Shown: positions 1 through 7,658 of the stretch, one piece after another
How the letters are laid out: each line of letters starts with the position of its first letter
How positions within the stretch are numbered: the first letter of the stretch is position 1
NCBI GenBank assembly: GCA_031262845.1
Contig: JAISGZ010000233.1
Location: 1-31,444 of the forward strand
DNA: 31,444 bases
Origin: Propionibacteriaceae bacterium
GTDB taxonomy: Bacteria; Actinomycetota; Actinomycetes; Propionibacteriales; Propionibacteriaceae
Direction: 5' to 3'
Translations under genes and position numbers: made by a program
Notes under the pieces: generated by a model
Seen by the model: the letters and a program-made list of their open reading frames with translations, nothing else
Told to the model about the DNA's origin: nothing
The model's database searches: none

Positions 1-903
1 AACACGATCCTGCAACGCCTGCGGGCCGCCAAACTCGACCACGACGGTGTCTTGCGACCAACCCTGGCCGGCCTGTTGGCTTTGGGACAATACCCGCAAG
101 AGTTCTTTCCCCGTCTCACGGTCACCGTTGCCGCCTATCCAGGTCTTTCAAAAGCACCCGGGGTGGGAGAACTGCGGCTGCTGGACTCAGTCACCTTGGC
201 CGGGCCGATCCCAGTTTTGATCCAAGACGCCGTGGACGCGGTGCGCCGAAATACCAGAACCGGCGCCCGCATGGATGGAGTTTTCCGGGTTGACGTGCCC
301 GATTACCCGCCGACAGCAGTCCGTGAAGCCGTCACGAACGGGTTGATGCACCGTGATCTATCCCAGTTAGCGCGGGGCACACAGGTCCAGGTCAACGTCT
401 TCCTCGACCGGTTAGAAGTGTTGAGCCCCGGAGGTCTCTACGGCACCGTGACTGTGGACCGGCTGGGTGACCCCGGAGTCAGCTCGGCGAGAAACCTCCG
501 CTTGTGCGCCCTCCTCGAAGACACGATTTACCCAGGCGGCGGCATGGTGGCCGAAAACCGCGGCTCCGGTTACGCCCTCATCAAAGCCGAACTCGCCCGA
601 GCCGGAATGCTGCCCCCCGTACCATCCGACGATCTGGACTCATTCTCGGTGACCATGTTCCGACGCGAAACCGAGCAAGAAACCGAACCTACTTCGACTG
701 GTACGGCCGTGCGCCAAATCTTGCAGACCGGCGGTGAACACGCCACACCAGAGTTAGCCACAGCCACCGGCTTAAGCCGCAGCGCGGTCGTGCAACAACT
801 CAACGCCCTCATCCAAGCCGGCCTAGTCGAACCCACCGCCCCACCGCGGAGTCCACGTCGGCGTTACCGCTGGGTTGATCTGAATCAGAAACTGGCTGCT
901 TGA
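1..903 (+). CDS. ATP-binding protein, 'RecG C-terminal'/HATPase_c_4 domain plus C-terminal HTH (5' end outside window; family usually has an N-terminal AlbA_2/Schlafen domain)
   Basis: Frame open from base 1. Motifs YPPTAVREAVTNGLMHRD, VNVFLDRLEVLSPGGL, SSARNLRL and ENRGSG; C-terminal HTH-like ELATATGLSRSAVVQQLNALIQAGLV. Confidence 0.85.
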   Translation, partial: NTILQRLRAAKLDHDGVLRPTLAGLLALGQYPQEFFPRLTVTVAAYPGLSKAPGVGELRLLDSVTLAGPIPVLIQDAVDAVRRNTRTGARMDGVFRVDVPDYPPTAVREAVTNGLMHRDLSQLARGTQVQVNVFLDRLEVLSPGGLYGTVTVDRLGDPGVSSARNLRLCALLEDTIYPGGGMVAENRGSGYALIKAELARAGMLPPVPSDDLDSFSVTMFRRETEQETEPTSTGTAVRQILQTGGEHATPELATATGLSRSAVVQQLNALIQAGLVEPTAPPRSPRRRYRWVDLNQKLAA

Positions 904-1035
904 TGACAACTAATTTTGCCGACGGCTGAGAAGTTGGCCCGGCTTGGCACGCACGTTACCGCTACCTCGAAAGCTTGATGGCGAAGCTTTGGCAAGGCCA
1001 CGGATGGGTCGATGTTGGCTTTTTGCTTGATATGA

Positions 1036-1087
1036 ACTTGCTACTACTTCGTAGCCCGAAGGTGAGAATTACGAAGTGGTAGCAAGT
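1036..1087. terminator. 18-bp inverted repeat with 16-nt loop between convergent genes; possible bidirectional terminator or REP-like element
   Basis: ACTTGCTACTACTTCGTA (1036-1053) and TACGAAGTGGTAGCAAGT (1070-1087); one G-U pair, no U-tract. Confidence 0.55.
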
Positions 1088-1134
1088 CCGCTCAAGACGG
1101 GAGCCGTCTTTGGGCAGGCCTTCACCAACTCATC

Positions 1135-1404
1135 TCACCGCCGGTCGTAATGAAACCGGCATTGGGCGATGACCAAGAAATCACCCTCAATCCGATAAAC
1201 CAACCGATGCTCGCCCGTGATCCGCCGCGACCAAGCACCATCGGCGGAGTATCGCAACTGTTCAGGCTTCCCCGTCCCCTCGGTCGGAGTCCGTCGCGCC
1301 TCCGTGATCAACCGGTTGATCTTGGCCACCGTTTTCCGGTCTTGCGCCTGCCACCACAGGTAATCGTCCCAACCATCATCCGTCCAGCCCAAGCGCAAAC
1401 TCAC
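1135..1404 (-). CDS. yoeB: Txe/YoeB family toxin
   Basis: WTDDGWDDYLWWQ, GTGKPEQLRY, WSRRITGEHRLVY and C-terminal CRFHY; 4-bp overlap with the antitoxin stop. Confidence 0.95.
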   Translation of the reverse strand: MSLRLGWTDDGWDDYLWWQAQDRKTVAKINRLITEARRTPTEGTGKPEQLRYSADGAWSRRITGEHRLVYRIEGDFLVIAQCRFHYDRR

Positions 1405-1652
1405 GGCTCCACCAACTCACGCTCAGTCCATTCCCCCCGATCAATAGCAGTCAGCGCCCGGCTCAAGCGCTCCGCGTTAGCCCGCGTCGACAACAGATGT
1501 GCCGTCTCTTCCAAAGCCTCGTATTCCTCCGCCGAAACCAAGACCGCATTCCCATGCTTCGACACGATCTCCACTGGTTGCCGGTCCTCGTTAACTCGCC
1601 GAATCAGCCCAAACAAATCTTGCCGAGCCGCGGTTGCTGTCATGGCCGTCAT
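1401..1652 (-). CDS. yefM: Phd/YefM family antitoxin, 83 aa
   Basis: MTAMTATAARQDLFGLIRRVNEDRQPVEIVSKHGNAVLVSAEEYEALEETAHLLS; GGAGG 6 nt upstream of ATG 1652, so the real start is downstream of the ORF-track start. Confidence 0.95.
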   Translation of the reverse strand: MTAMTATAARQDLFGLIRRVNEDRQPVEIVSKHGNAVLVSAEEYEALEETAHLLSTRANAERLSRALTAIDRGEWTERELVEP

Positions 1653-1675
1653 CACATACCTCCAAGACGTTATTA

Positions 1676-1693
1676 AGTACTGGATATCGTACA
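1676..1693 (-). promoter_or_regulatory. Putative YefM-YoeB operator overlapping a TANNNT -10 element
   Basis: Two GTAC cores (1677-1680 and 1689-1692) 12 bp apart, resembling the paired TGTACA-core palindromes of the E. coli yefM-yoeB operator; TACGAT on the minus strand at 1691-1686. Confidence 0.55.
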
Positions 1694-1802
1694 TCAAGCT
1701 GTCCAGCGCATCCATCCCCAGAGACTGTTCCTGAAGACACGACCGAACTGCCGTCGTGGTTCCACAGCTTGCAGACTTAACAGCCCCACCGTGAGCGCAA
1801 AT

Positions 1803-1895
1803 CCATGGCAACTGGGATCTTATAGACCATGCGACTAGTAACGTAAAAACCATGCAACTGGGATCGTATATACCTTGCAACTGGTAACTTAGAGC
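1803..1895. repeat. Four imperfect tandem ~23-bp direct repeats
   Basis: ccatggcaactgggatcttataga / ccatgcgactagtaacgtaaaaa / ccatgcaactgggatcgtatata / ccttgcaactggtaacttagagc. Confidence 0.85.
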
Positions 1896-1940
1896 GATGG
1901 CTACCCGATGAAGTGCAAGCCTGTAATCCTTGAACCCTAA

Positions 1941-2105
1941 CTAGCCTCGGATGTCCACACCGACGACGTCCGCCACCTGGTTTGGCTACGCCGCCGACTC
2001 GGATCAGATTGCGCCGCTACGGTTCTGATCAATACCGGTCAAACGGCTTACCGCCGCCCCGACGACGGCGTCCTGGTGATTCCAGCGGCTTTACTCGGCC
2101 CCTGA
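1941..2105 (+). pseudogene. C-terminal remnant of a DUF4143-type ATP-binding protein
   Basis: LASDVHTDDVRHLVWLRRRLGSDCAATVLINTGQTAYRRPDDGVLVIPAALLGP* matches the recalled family C-terminus (DVRHL.WL...TG..AYRR.DG..V.P.ALLGP); preceded by in-frame TAA, no start codon. Confidence 0.75.
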
Positions 2106-2247
2106 GCTGACCTCCTCCTCAACGGACGCGATATCTGTCTCATCCTCCATCGCCTGGATTAAACGATCATCGACGGCAGGACTGACCACCACGGCTGAGG
2201 CAAAACCTCATTGACCCTCCGGCCAGGCGACGCAGAGCGCCCCCGAT

Positions 2248-5196
2248 TCAGGAGTCAAGTTTCAAAGCCAGAGCCGGGCGTACCGCGCCAGAAGCCGATG
2301 CGACCGCAGAGCCGTACCAGAAATCATCGTCGTTCGCGTGGCCATCAGTGTAGACATAGGCCGAAAAGTCAGGAAAGTCACCTGGCGAACGCAACCACCA
2401 CCACCAGGGCTTACCATCATACCGATACATAATTCTAGATTCAGTTTTTTTAAATAATCTCACCACTTCGGCATTACTGAGTAAAAACACCGCATCCCGC
2501 GTTTTTGGCTGTTTTTTTTCTTTGTACTGGTATTGCTTTTTTGGGCGATTGTCTTGCTCAATCTCAGCCAGACAATCGGCACCAAGAGCGCCCGCCAAAC
2601 GCGGAGTCCAGTCCTCCGCCAACCAGTGACGCAACGAGGAATCCGCCCACGAAGCCCCAGCCCGATCCTCGTGATAAGCCCGGTGGTCAATGGGTCGGTC
2701 CGCCAGGAACACGGCGGCTCGCCGCGTGTCCCCCACTGTGCGAACATCCAGGTCAACACCGCGGTCTCCGCTGTGACCACTTAACTCTCCCTTCTTTGGC
2801 CCTGACATAGCAGGGGCCAATCGCCCCGTCTCATCCAGCACACCCAGGAACCACCAGACCCGCTCAGCCAGCACCACCCGATCACCTGGATCCTCACCCA
2901 CGTCACCAACCACGGCCCGTAGCTCTCCACGCCGGACCAACTCCAGCACCGCCGCCACACCACCCCGGTCATACTGACGTAACTCATCGACCGGCTCCGG
3001 ACAGTCCAACGACCTCGCCTGCGGCCAATTCTTCCCCCACCAGGCCGAATCCCGATAACTTAGGATCACGTCATTGACCACCCGAACCATCTGAATTGTC
3101 GAGTCGCTCAGACCAGCGGTCCCAGCCCACTCACCCGAGTACCACCGACCCATACGATCCACCAGCGCCTGATCACCGGCTTCCGCCAACGACTGGCCGA
3201 AGAAATCCCACGTCTCCGTACTTGGATCCCTCATCACCCACCGAGCAGGAGCATCGTCTCGCAGTGCCCGCAACAGATACTCCGACAAGAAGAACTCCTG
3301 CAACGACGTGTGGGAGAAGCGGAAGAAGCCCTCGTCAGCCGAGTCGTCCCGCCGCCGTAGGAACGTCGTGTTGCGCAGTTCCTCCTCCAACGTGTCAAAA
3401 CTGAGCCGGCCATACCGCCGTTCCCAATCCAGTTGCGCCGCCCACCAACGTTCGAACCAGTCCTCCAAATCATCGACGTGTAACTCGCCAGTCCCCGAGC
3501 GCCACAGCTCCGCCGCCATGTCCTCCGCCAACCGCAGCTTGTCCGGCCGTTTGACTTGGCTCTTGCCAACCTCTCGGCCGAGCCATTGACGGGTGAATTC
3601 CCGGTACAACATCACGCCATAAACCTTCTGGCCCTCAGCCCGCCAGCGCTGGATCTGCGGCACCGCCTGTACCAGGAAAGGCAGCGTCACCGGCCGCTTG
3701 GACAAATCCTTCAAGTCATAGACCTCTGTCAGCATCTGCCAGATGGCGGCGATGTCTTGCCCCGGCAGCGACTCGCTCAGATAATGCTCAATCTGCTCAT
3801 CACGCAGACCGAGCAGCAGCCGGGCTTCCATCTGATTGGGCCTCAGAGAGGCGAAAGCATGGCCAGTCAGCATCTCCCGCTGTTCGCGCAGCGTCCGGAA
3901 GAACTGGATCCGGGTGGACACCAGCATCTTGGCCGGACGCGCTGACTGGAGGCCCGGACGCCGGACGACTGACAGCAACCGGCTCGTGAACTCCCGCACG
4001 AGATCCTCATCATCCAGCTGGGACAAAACCTCGTCCAAACCGTCGAAGATGACGACCGCCCCCTCGTCGATCCACTGCCATAGTTGCTCAGCGGTAACAG
4101 TGACGCTGGGATCCCAACCCCAGCGGGCGCATTCGAGCATGACCTCCTCCACCGTCGGCAGGTGCGTCGCAGCCTGGCTCCCCGCCCCGGCGCCCGTCGC
4201 CACCAAGCCCCGCGCCAGCCGCAAATCGAAGTACAACCCCCATCGTCCTTCGTGTCCGGATTCCCGGCGGCGCCGCAATTCATTCTCGAAGCTCTGACAC
4301 GTCACCGTCTTGCCCATGCCGTACTCGCCCAGCAGGATGAACAGCGAACTGCGTTGGTCATCCTCTGCCCAGGCCAGCAGTTCCGGCACGATCAACCGGT
4401 CCTCCAAGTCACCAGCGGCGTCCCGTTGACCCGTTGCCTGGCGCGTCGGCCGGGGCTCTCCATACGAATCTTGCTCCACCGGTGTCGCCTGATTCTCCAA
4501 CTCGGTGTCGACCCGCTCGAGGTCTGGCCTCGCGGGTTTCGGCGGTTGTGTCGCCGCTGGGCAAGAGCAGGCCTCCTCCCACTCTCCCTGCCCCACCCCA
4601 GCCGCAGGATTGATCGTCAAAGCCATCGGCGGCATCTCGATACCCTCCCGTGATGACGTCCCGTCAAAGCCCTCCCGCAGGCTCGGCATGTAATCCAACG
4701 AGGTCTGACCGATGATCGGGGAAGAATCTTCAGCATCAGCCTTCAACCGTGGTGGCGGAACCATCGACCGCGCGGGAAGGCCCCCTGGCGCCGACGCCTC
4801 CGACGTCACCGTTGCCACCGGACTACCGGTCAATTCCGGTCGGCCACCACCACGCCTCCCCGGCTTGGCCTCTACCGGAGACTCCAGCCGAACGACCCGA
4901 AGCCAGCGCACAGGCTTAGTCGGCGTCTTCCGCGTCAACACCATCCGGATGGACAGGCCCATCTCCTCAGCCGCGTCATTGACGGCCCCCATCCGCCGGT
5001 ACAACTCAGTCTCCGCCGCCCCCGGCTTCAGCGGCGGCAGCAGCCGTTCCACAACCGTGTCGTAAGCGACCTTCCCCTCGTCGCCGAACAGAGCCACCAA
5101 TTCCAAAGCCTGACCTCGTCGATGCTCGGTGATACCAGTCAAACTGGCGATGGCAGCTGCCGCCTCTGCCTGGCTCAGCTCTTCTCCGTGACTCAT
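2248..5196 (-). CDS. NACHT-type STAND NTPase, 982 aa, with C-terminal DUF6273-like (C-type-lectin-like) domain
   Basis: Walker A GEYGMGKT (~4306-4329), Walker B VVIFDGLDE, LVSTR and FSHTSLQEFF; C-terminal SWADSSLRHWL, DAVFLLS, WWWWLRSPG and VRPAL; purine-rich RBS. Confidence 0.9.
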   Translation of the reverse strand: MSHGEELSQAEAAAAIASLTGITEHRRGQALELVALFGDEGKVAYDTVVERLLPPLKPGAAETELYRRMGAVNDAAEEMGLSIRMVLTRKTPTKPVRWLRVVRLESPVEAKPGRRGGGRPELTGSPVATVTSEASAPGGLPARSMVPPPRLKADAEDSSPIIGQTSLDYMPSLREGFDGTSSREGIEMPPMALTINPAAGVGQGEWEEACSCPAATQPPKPARPDLERVDTELENQATPVEQDSYGEPRPTRQATGQRDAAGDLEDRLIVPELLAWAEDDQRSSLFILLGEYGMGKTVTCQSFENELRRRRESGHEGRWGLYFDLRLARGLVATGAGAGSQAATHLPTVEEVMLECARWGWDPSVTVTAEQLWQWIDEGAVVIFDGLDEVLSQLDDEDLVREFTSRLLSVVRRPGLQSARPAKMLVSTRIQFFRTLREQREMLTGHAFASLRPNQMEARLLLGLRDEQIEHYLSESLPGQDIAAIWQMLTEVYDLKDLSKRPVTLPFLVQAVPQIQRWRAEGQKVYGVMLYREFTRQWLGREVGKSQVKRPDKLRLAEDMAAELWRSGTGELHVDDLEDWFERWWAAQLDWERRYGRLSFDTLEEELRNTTFLRRRDDSADEGFFRFSHTSLQEFFLSEYLLRALRDDAPARWVMRDPSTETWDFFGQSLAEAGDQALVDRMGRWYSGEWAGTAGLSDSTIQMVRVVNDVILSYRDSAWWGKNWPQARSLDCPEPVDELRQYDRGGVAAVLELVRRGELRAVVGDVGEDPGDRVVLAERVWWFLGVLDETGRLAPAMSGPKKGELSGHSGDRGVDLDVRTVGDTRRAAVFLADRPIDHRAYHEDRAGASWADSSLRHWLAEDWTPRLAGALGADCLAEIEQDNRPKKQYQYKEKKQPKTRDAVFLLSNAEVVRLFKKTESRIMYRYDGKPWWWWLRSPGDFPDFSAYVYTDGHANDDDFWYGSAVASASGAVRPALALKLDS

Positions 5197-5594
5197 GCCT
5201 CTCCCTTTCCCTGAGCGTCATCGCCTGACCCTGACCGTTTCCCAGCGAACCATGTTGTCAACCTGCCCGACAAAGGACGCTGGGCCTTCAAATTTGGTTG
5301 AGCAGCAACACCATCACCTCGCGACGGGAGGGCTTCACCAGAGCCGTGGCCTGTGAGTCCTCGAGTCAATTGGTTAAACGCTTTCATGTATCGCTTCACC
5401 GCCGCCTGATCCCCTCTTTTCTCAGCCTTTTTCGCCAGCCGTAAGAGATGTTTTCCATGAGCCCACAAAGCCAATATCTGGACAACCCTAATTCTCGGAG
5501 AGGGCCGCTGCGAGCGAACACCGAGAGTCAGCAAGAGAAGCCCGAAAAGAGGCCAAGCGTTGGCTAACCACTCCGTGATCTGATGATTCATCAT
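5193..5594 (-). CDS. Hypothetical 133-aa protein with one predicted N-terminal membrane anchor
   Basis: GGGGAGG RBS before ATG 5594; hydrophobic WLANAWPLFGLLLLTLGV; stop overlaps the NACHT start (ATGA). Confidence 0.7.
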   Translation of the reverse strand: MMNHQITEWLANAWPLFGLLLLTLGVRSQRPSPRIRVVQILALWAHGKHLLRLAKKAEKRGDQAAVKRYMKAFNQLTRGLTGHGSGEALPSRGDGVAAQPNLKAQRPLSGRLTTWFAGKRSGSGDDAQGKGEA

Positions 5595-5632
5595 GGCCGC
5601 CTCCCCTTCGAGAGCCTCATGCCAACGGCTCC

Positions 5633-5658
5633 ATATTACCACTAGTTGATACTAGTTG
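5633..5658 (-). promoter_or_regulatory. Putative extended -10 promoter of the membrane protein/NACHT operon, with upstream direct repeat
   Basis: TGGTAATAT on the minus strand (5641-5633); ACTAGTTG twice at 10-bp period (5641 and 5651). Confidence 0.45.
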
Positions 5659-5849
5659 GATTTATGAGCCGAGGTCGCCCAACACTCTGAGAGGCCCATG
5701 AAGGCTTCACACAGCACGCTGAGGTTCCCTCGCCGGAGCGCAACTTCAATGTCACATTGAAGCGGCTCCTCCAAACACACCACCGCTTCAGAAAGACCTA
5801 CCTCGGATTCCCCTTCCTCCCCATTGACATCACCGTTACCATTGCATAC

Positions 5850-6104
5850 ATGACCGCAGTCATCCATGACCACAAGACGACATCCGTCCGCCTGTCCACC
5901 CATGCCCGGGACGTGCTAGCCCAGCAAGCCAGCGCCGCCGGTCTATCCCTCACCGGTTTCCTCGACCAGCTGGCCGCCGACTTCGAACGTCAGAAGATCT
6001 ACCAAGCCCACCGCGAAGCCGTCCAGCGGCAAGCTGACGATCCAGAATGGGCCGCTGACGTGGAACTCTGGGCGTCCACCGAACAAGACGGCCTTGACCA
6101 GTGA
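5850..6104 (+). CDS. Ribbon-helix-helix antitoxin, probable MazF partner, 84 aa
   Basis: TTSVRLSTHARDVLAQQASAAGLSLTGFLDQL fits an RHH pattern; acidic C-terminus; GTGA overlap with the toxin; TACCAT-N7-ATG leaderless signature. Confidence 0.8.
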   Translation: MTAVIHDHKTTSVRLSTHARDVLAQQASAAGLSLTGFLDQLAADFERQKIYQAHREAVQRQADDPEWAADVELWASTEQDGLDQ

Positions 6105-6481
6105 TTTCACCCACTGACCCATCTGACACTGAGATCCGGCAAGGTGACATCTGGCTTGTCAGCCTTGGCAAACCCCACGTCGGTGAGCCTGGCAAGAACC
6201 GGCCCGCCGTCGTAGTGTCCAATGACGGCATCCAATCTGGGTCCGCCCTGGACCTGATCAGTGTCGTGCCGTTGACCACCGCCCGGGCCGAGACCGCCCT
6301 ACGCCCCCGCCTACCCGCCCAACACGGCTTAGACGTCGAATGTGTGGCCGTGTGCGACGGCGTTCGCGCCCTAGTCCGCTCCCGCTTCTTGCGGAAAATC
6401 GGCACCCTGACTACACCTGAAATGAACGCCATCATGGCCGCTCGAGCACTCGTCGAAGCGTATTCACCTGGCATCACTTAA
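6101..6481 (+). CDS. mazF: PemK/MazF family endoribonuclease toxin
   Basis: RQGDIWLVSL, GEPGKNRPAVVVSND, VVPLTT and IGTL motifs. Confidence 0.92.
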   Translation: MISPTDPSDTEIRQGDIWLVSLGKPHVGEPGKNRPAVVVSNDGIQSGSALDLISVVPLTTARAETALRPRLPAQHGLDVECVAVCDGVRALVRSRFLRKIGTLTTPEMNAIMAARALVEAYSPGIT

Positions 6482-6483
6482 CC

Positions 6484-6532
6484 AGCTATCTGCCATTTTC
6501 GTCGTCCGGAGACACCAAATTGGCAGATAACT
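6484..6532. terminator. 16-bp imperfect inverted repeat with 17-nt loop between convergent mazF and argF
   Basis: AGCTATCTGCCATTTT (6484-6499) and AAATTGGCAGATAACT (6517-6532); two mismatches. Confidence 0.5.
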
Positions 6533-6567
6533 CCGTTATCTCAGCCTCGCACTGGGCTTGGTGACGT

Positions 6568-7575
6568 CTAACCCGCCAACGTCGCTACGAGGATGGCCTT
6601 GATCGTGTGCATCCGGTTTTCCGCCTGGTCGAACACGATCGAGGCTGGGGATTCGAAGACCTCGTCGCTGACTTCGAGACCATCGTCGCCGTCGGCCAGT
6701 GTGACGTCACGCAGAATGTCGGCACCCATGGTCGTTCGTGAATCGTGGAAAGCCGGCAGGCAGTGCATGAATTTAACGTTCGGATTACCGGTCCTCTCCA
6801 GCATCGCCCGCGTCACCCGATACGGCATGAGCATAGGAATTCGCTCCAACCAGACATCTTTCGGCTCGCCCATCGACACCCAGACGTCGGTGTAAATGAA
6901 ATCGACCCCAGCCACACCTTCGTCAATATCATCGGTCACCGTAATCCGGGCACCGGATTGAATGCCAATTCCCTGAGCCTGGTCGATTATGTGAGGCCAA
7001 TTCTGCAAACTCGGCGGGGCCACGATCCGGACATCCATCCCCAACATGGCACCCGTAATCAATAAGGAATTACCGATGTTGTAACGCGAATCACCAACGT
7101 AGGCAAAAGAAATCTCTTCGACCGGTTTACCGGCGTGTTCGATCATCGTCATGACATCGCACAGTGACTGGGTCGGATGCCACTCGTTGGTCAACCCAGT
7201 CCACACTGGCACACCGGCCTGGCGCCCCAATTCTTCGACCACAGACTGGCCGAAACCGCGGTATTCAATACCGTCGAACATCCGGCCCAAAACCCGAGCG
7301 GTATCGGCAATCGATTCTTTATGTCCAATTTGCGAACCGGTCGGCTCCAGATACGTCACGTGCGCACCCTGGTCGTAAGCCGCGACTTCAAAAGCACACC
7401 GGGTCCGAGTCGAGGTTTTTTCAAAAATCAAAGCGATCTTTTTCCCGAGCAAACGCCGCGGTTCCTTACCGTTTTTATTATCGGCTTTGAGCTGGAACGA
7501 CAGCGCTACCAGGCTCATCCATTCATCGCGCGTAAAATCTAATTCCTTGAGGAAATTCCGGCCGTGTAAACTCAC
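6568..7575 (-). CDS. argF: Ornithine carbamoyltransferase
   Basis: FEKTSTRTR carbamoyl-phosphate motif, HPTQ, DVWVSMG, FMHCLP and QAENRMHT; GGAGG before GTG 7575. Confidence 0.96.
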   Translation of the reverse strand: MSLHGRNFLKELDFTRDEWMSLVALSFQLKADNKNGKEPRRLLGKKIALIFEKTSTRTRCAFEVAAYDQGAHVTYLEPTGSQIGHKESIADTARVLGRMFDGIEYRGFGQSVVEELGRQAGVPVWTGLTNEWHPTQSLCDVMTMIEHAGKPVEEISFAYVGDSRYNIGNSLLITGAMLGMDVRIVAPPSLQNWPHIIDQAQGIGIQSGARITVTDDIDEGVAGVDFIYTDVWVSMGEPKDVWLERIPMLMPYRVTRAMLERTGNPNVKFMHCLPAFHDSRTTMGADILRDVTLADGDDGLEVSDEVFESPASIVFDQAENRMHTIKAILVATLAG

Positions 7576-7658
7576 AATGCCTCCACTATTCATCACGGTA
7601 AATCTCAGGCCCCCACCGCCGGCCGACTTTCACCGTCCTGACACCGCTTGCCACGCTG

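Noticed and set aside
904-1035. Possible gene remnant between the first CDS and the hairpin
   Set aside because: The frames translated by hand gave no recognisable similarity.
1803-1895. CRISPR array
   Set aside because: Cores of ~12 bp with ~11-bp related tails are far too short, the tails are not unique spacers, and no cas genes are present.
6477-6573. Integron attC site after mazF (ACTTAAC, GTCTAAC)
   Set aside because: Both heptamers are RYYYAAC on the same strand and coincide with stop codons; no matching GTTRRRY and no integrase.
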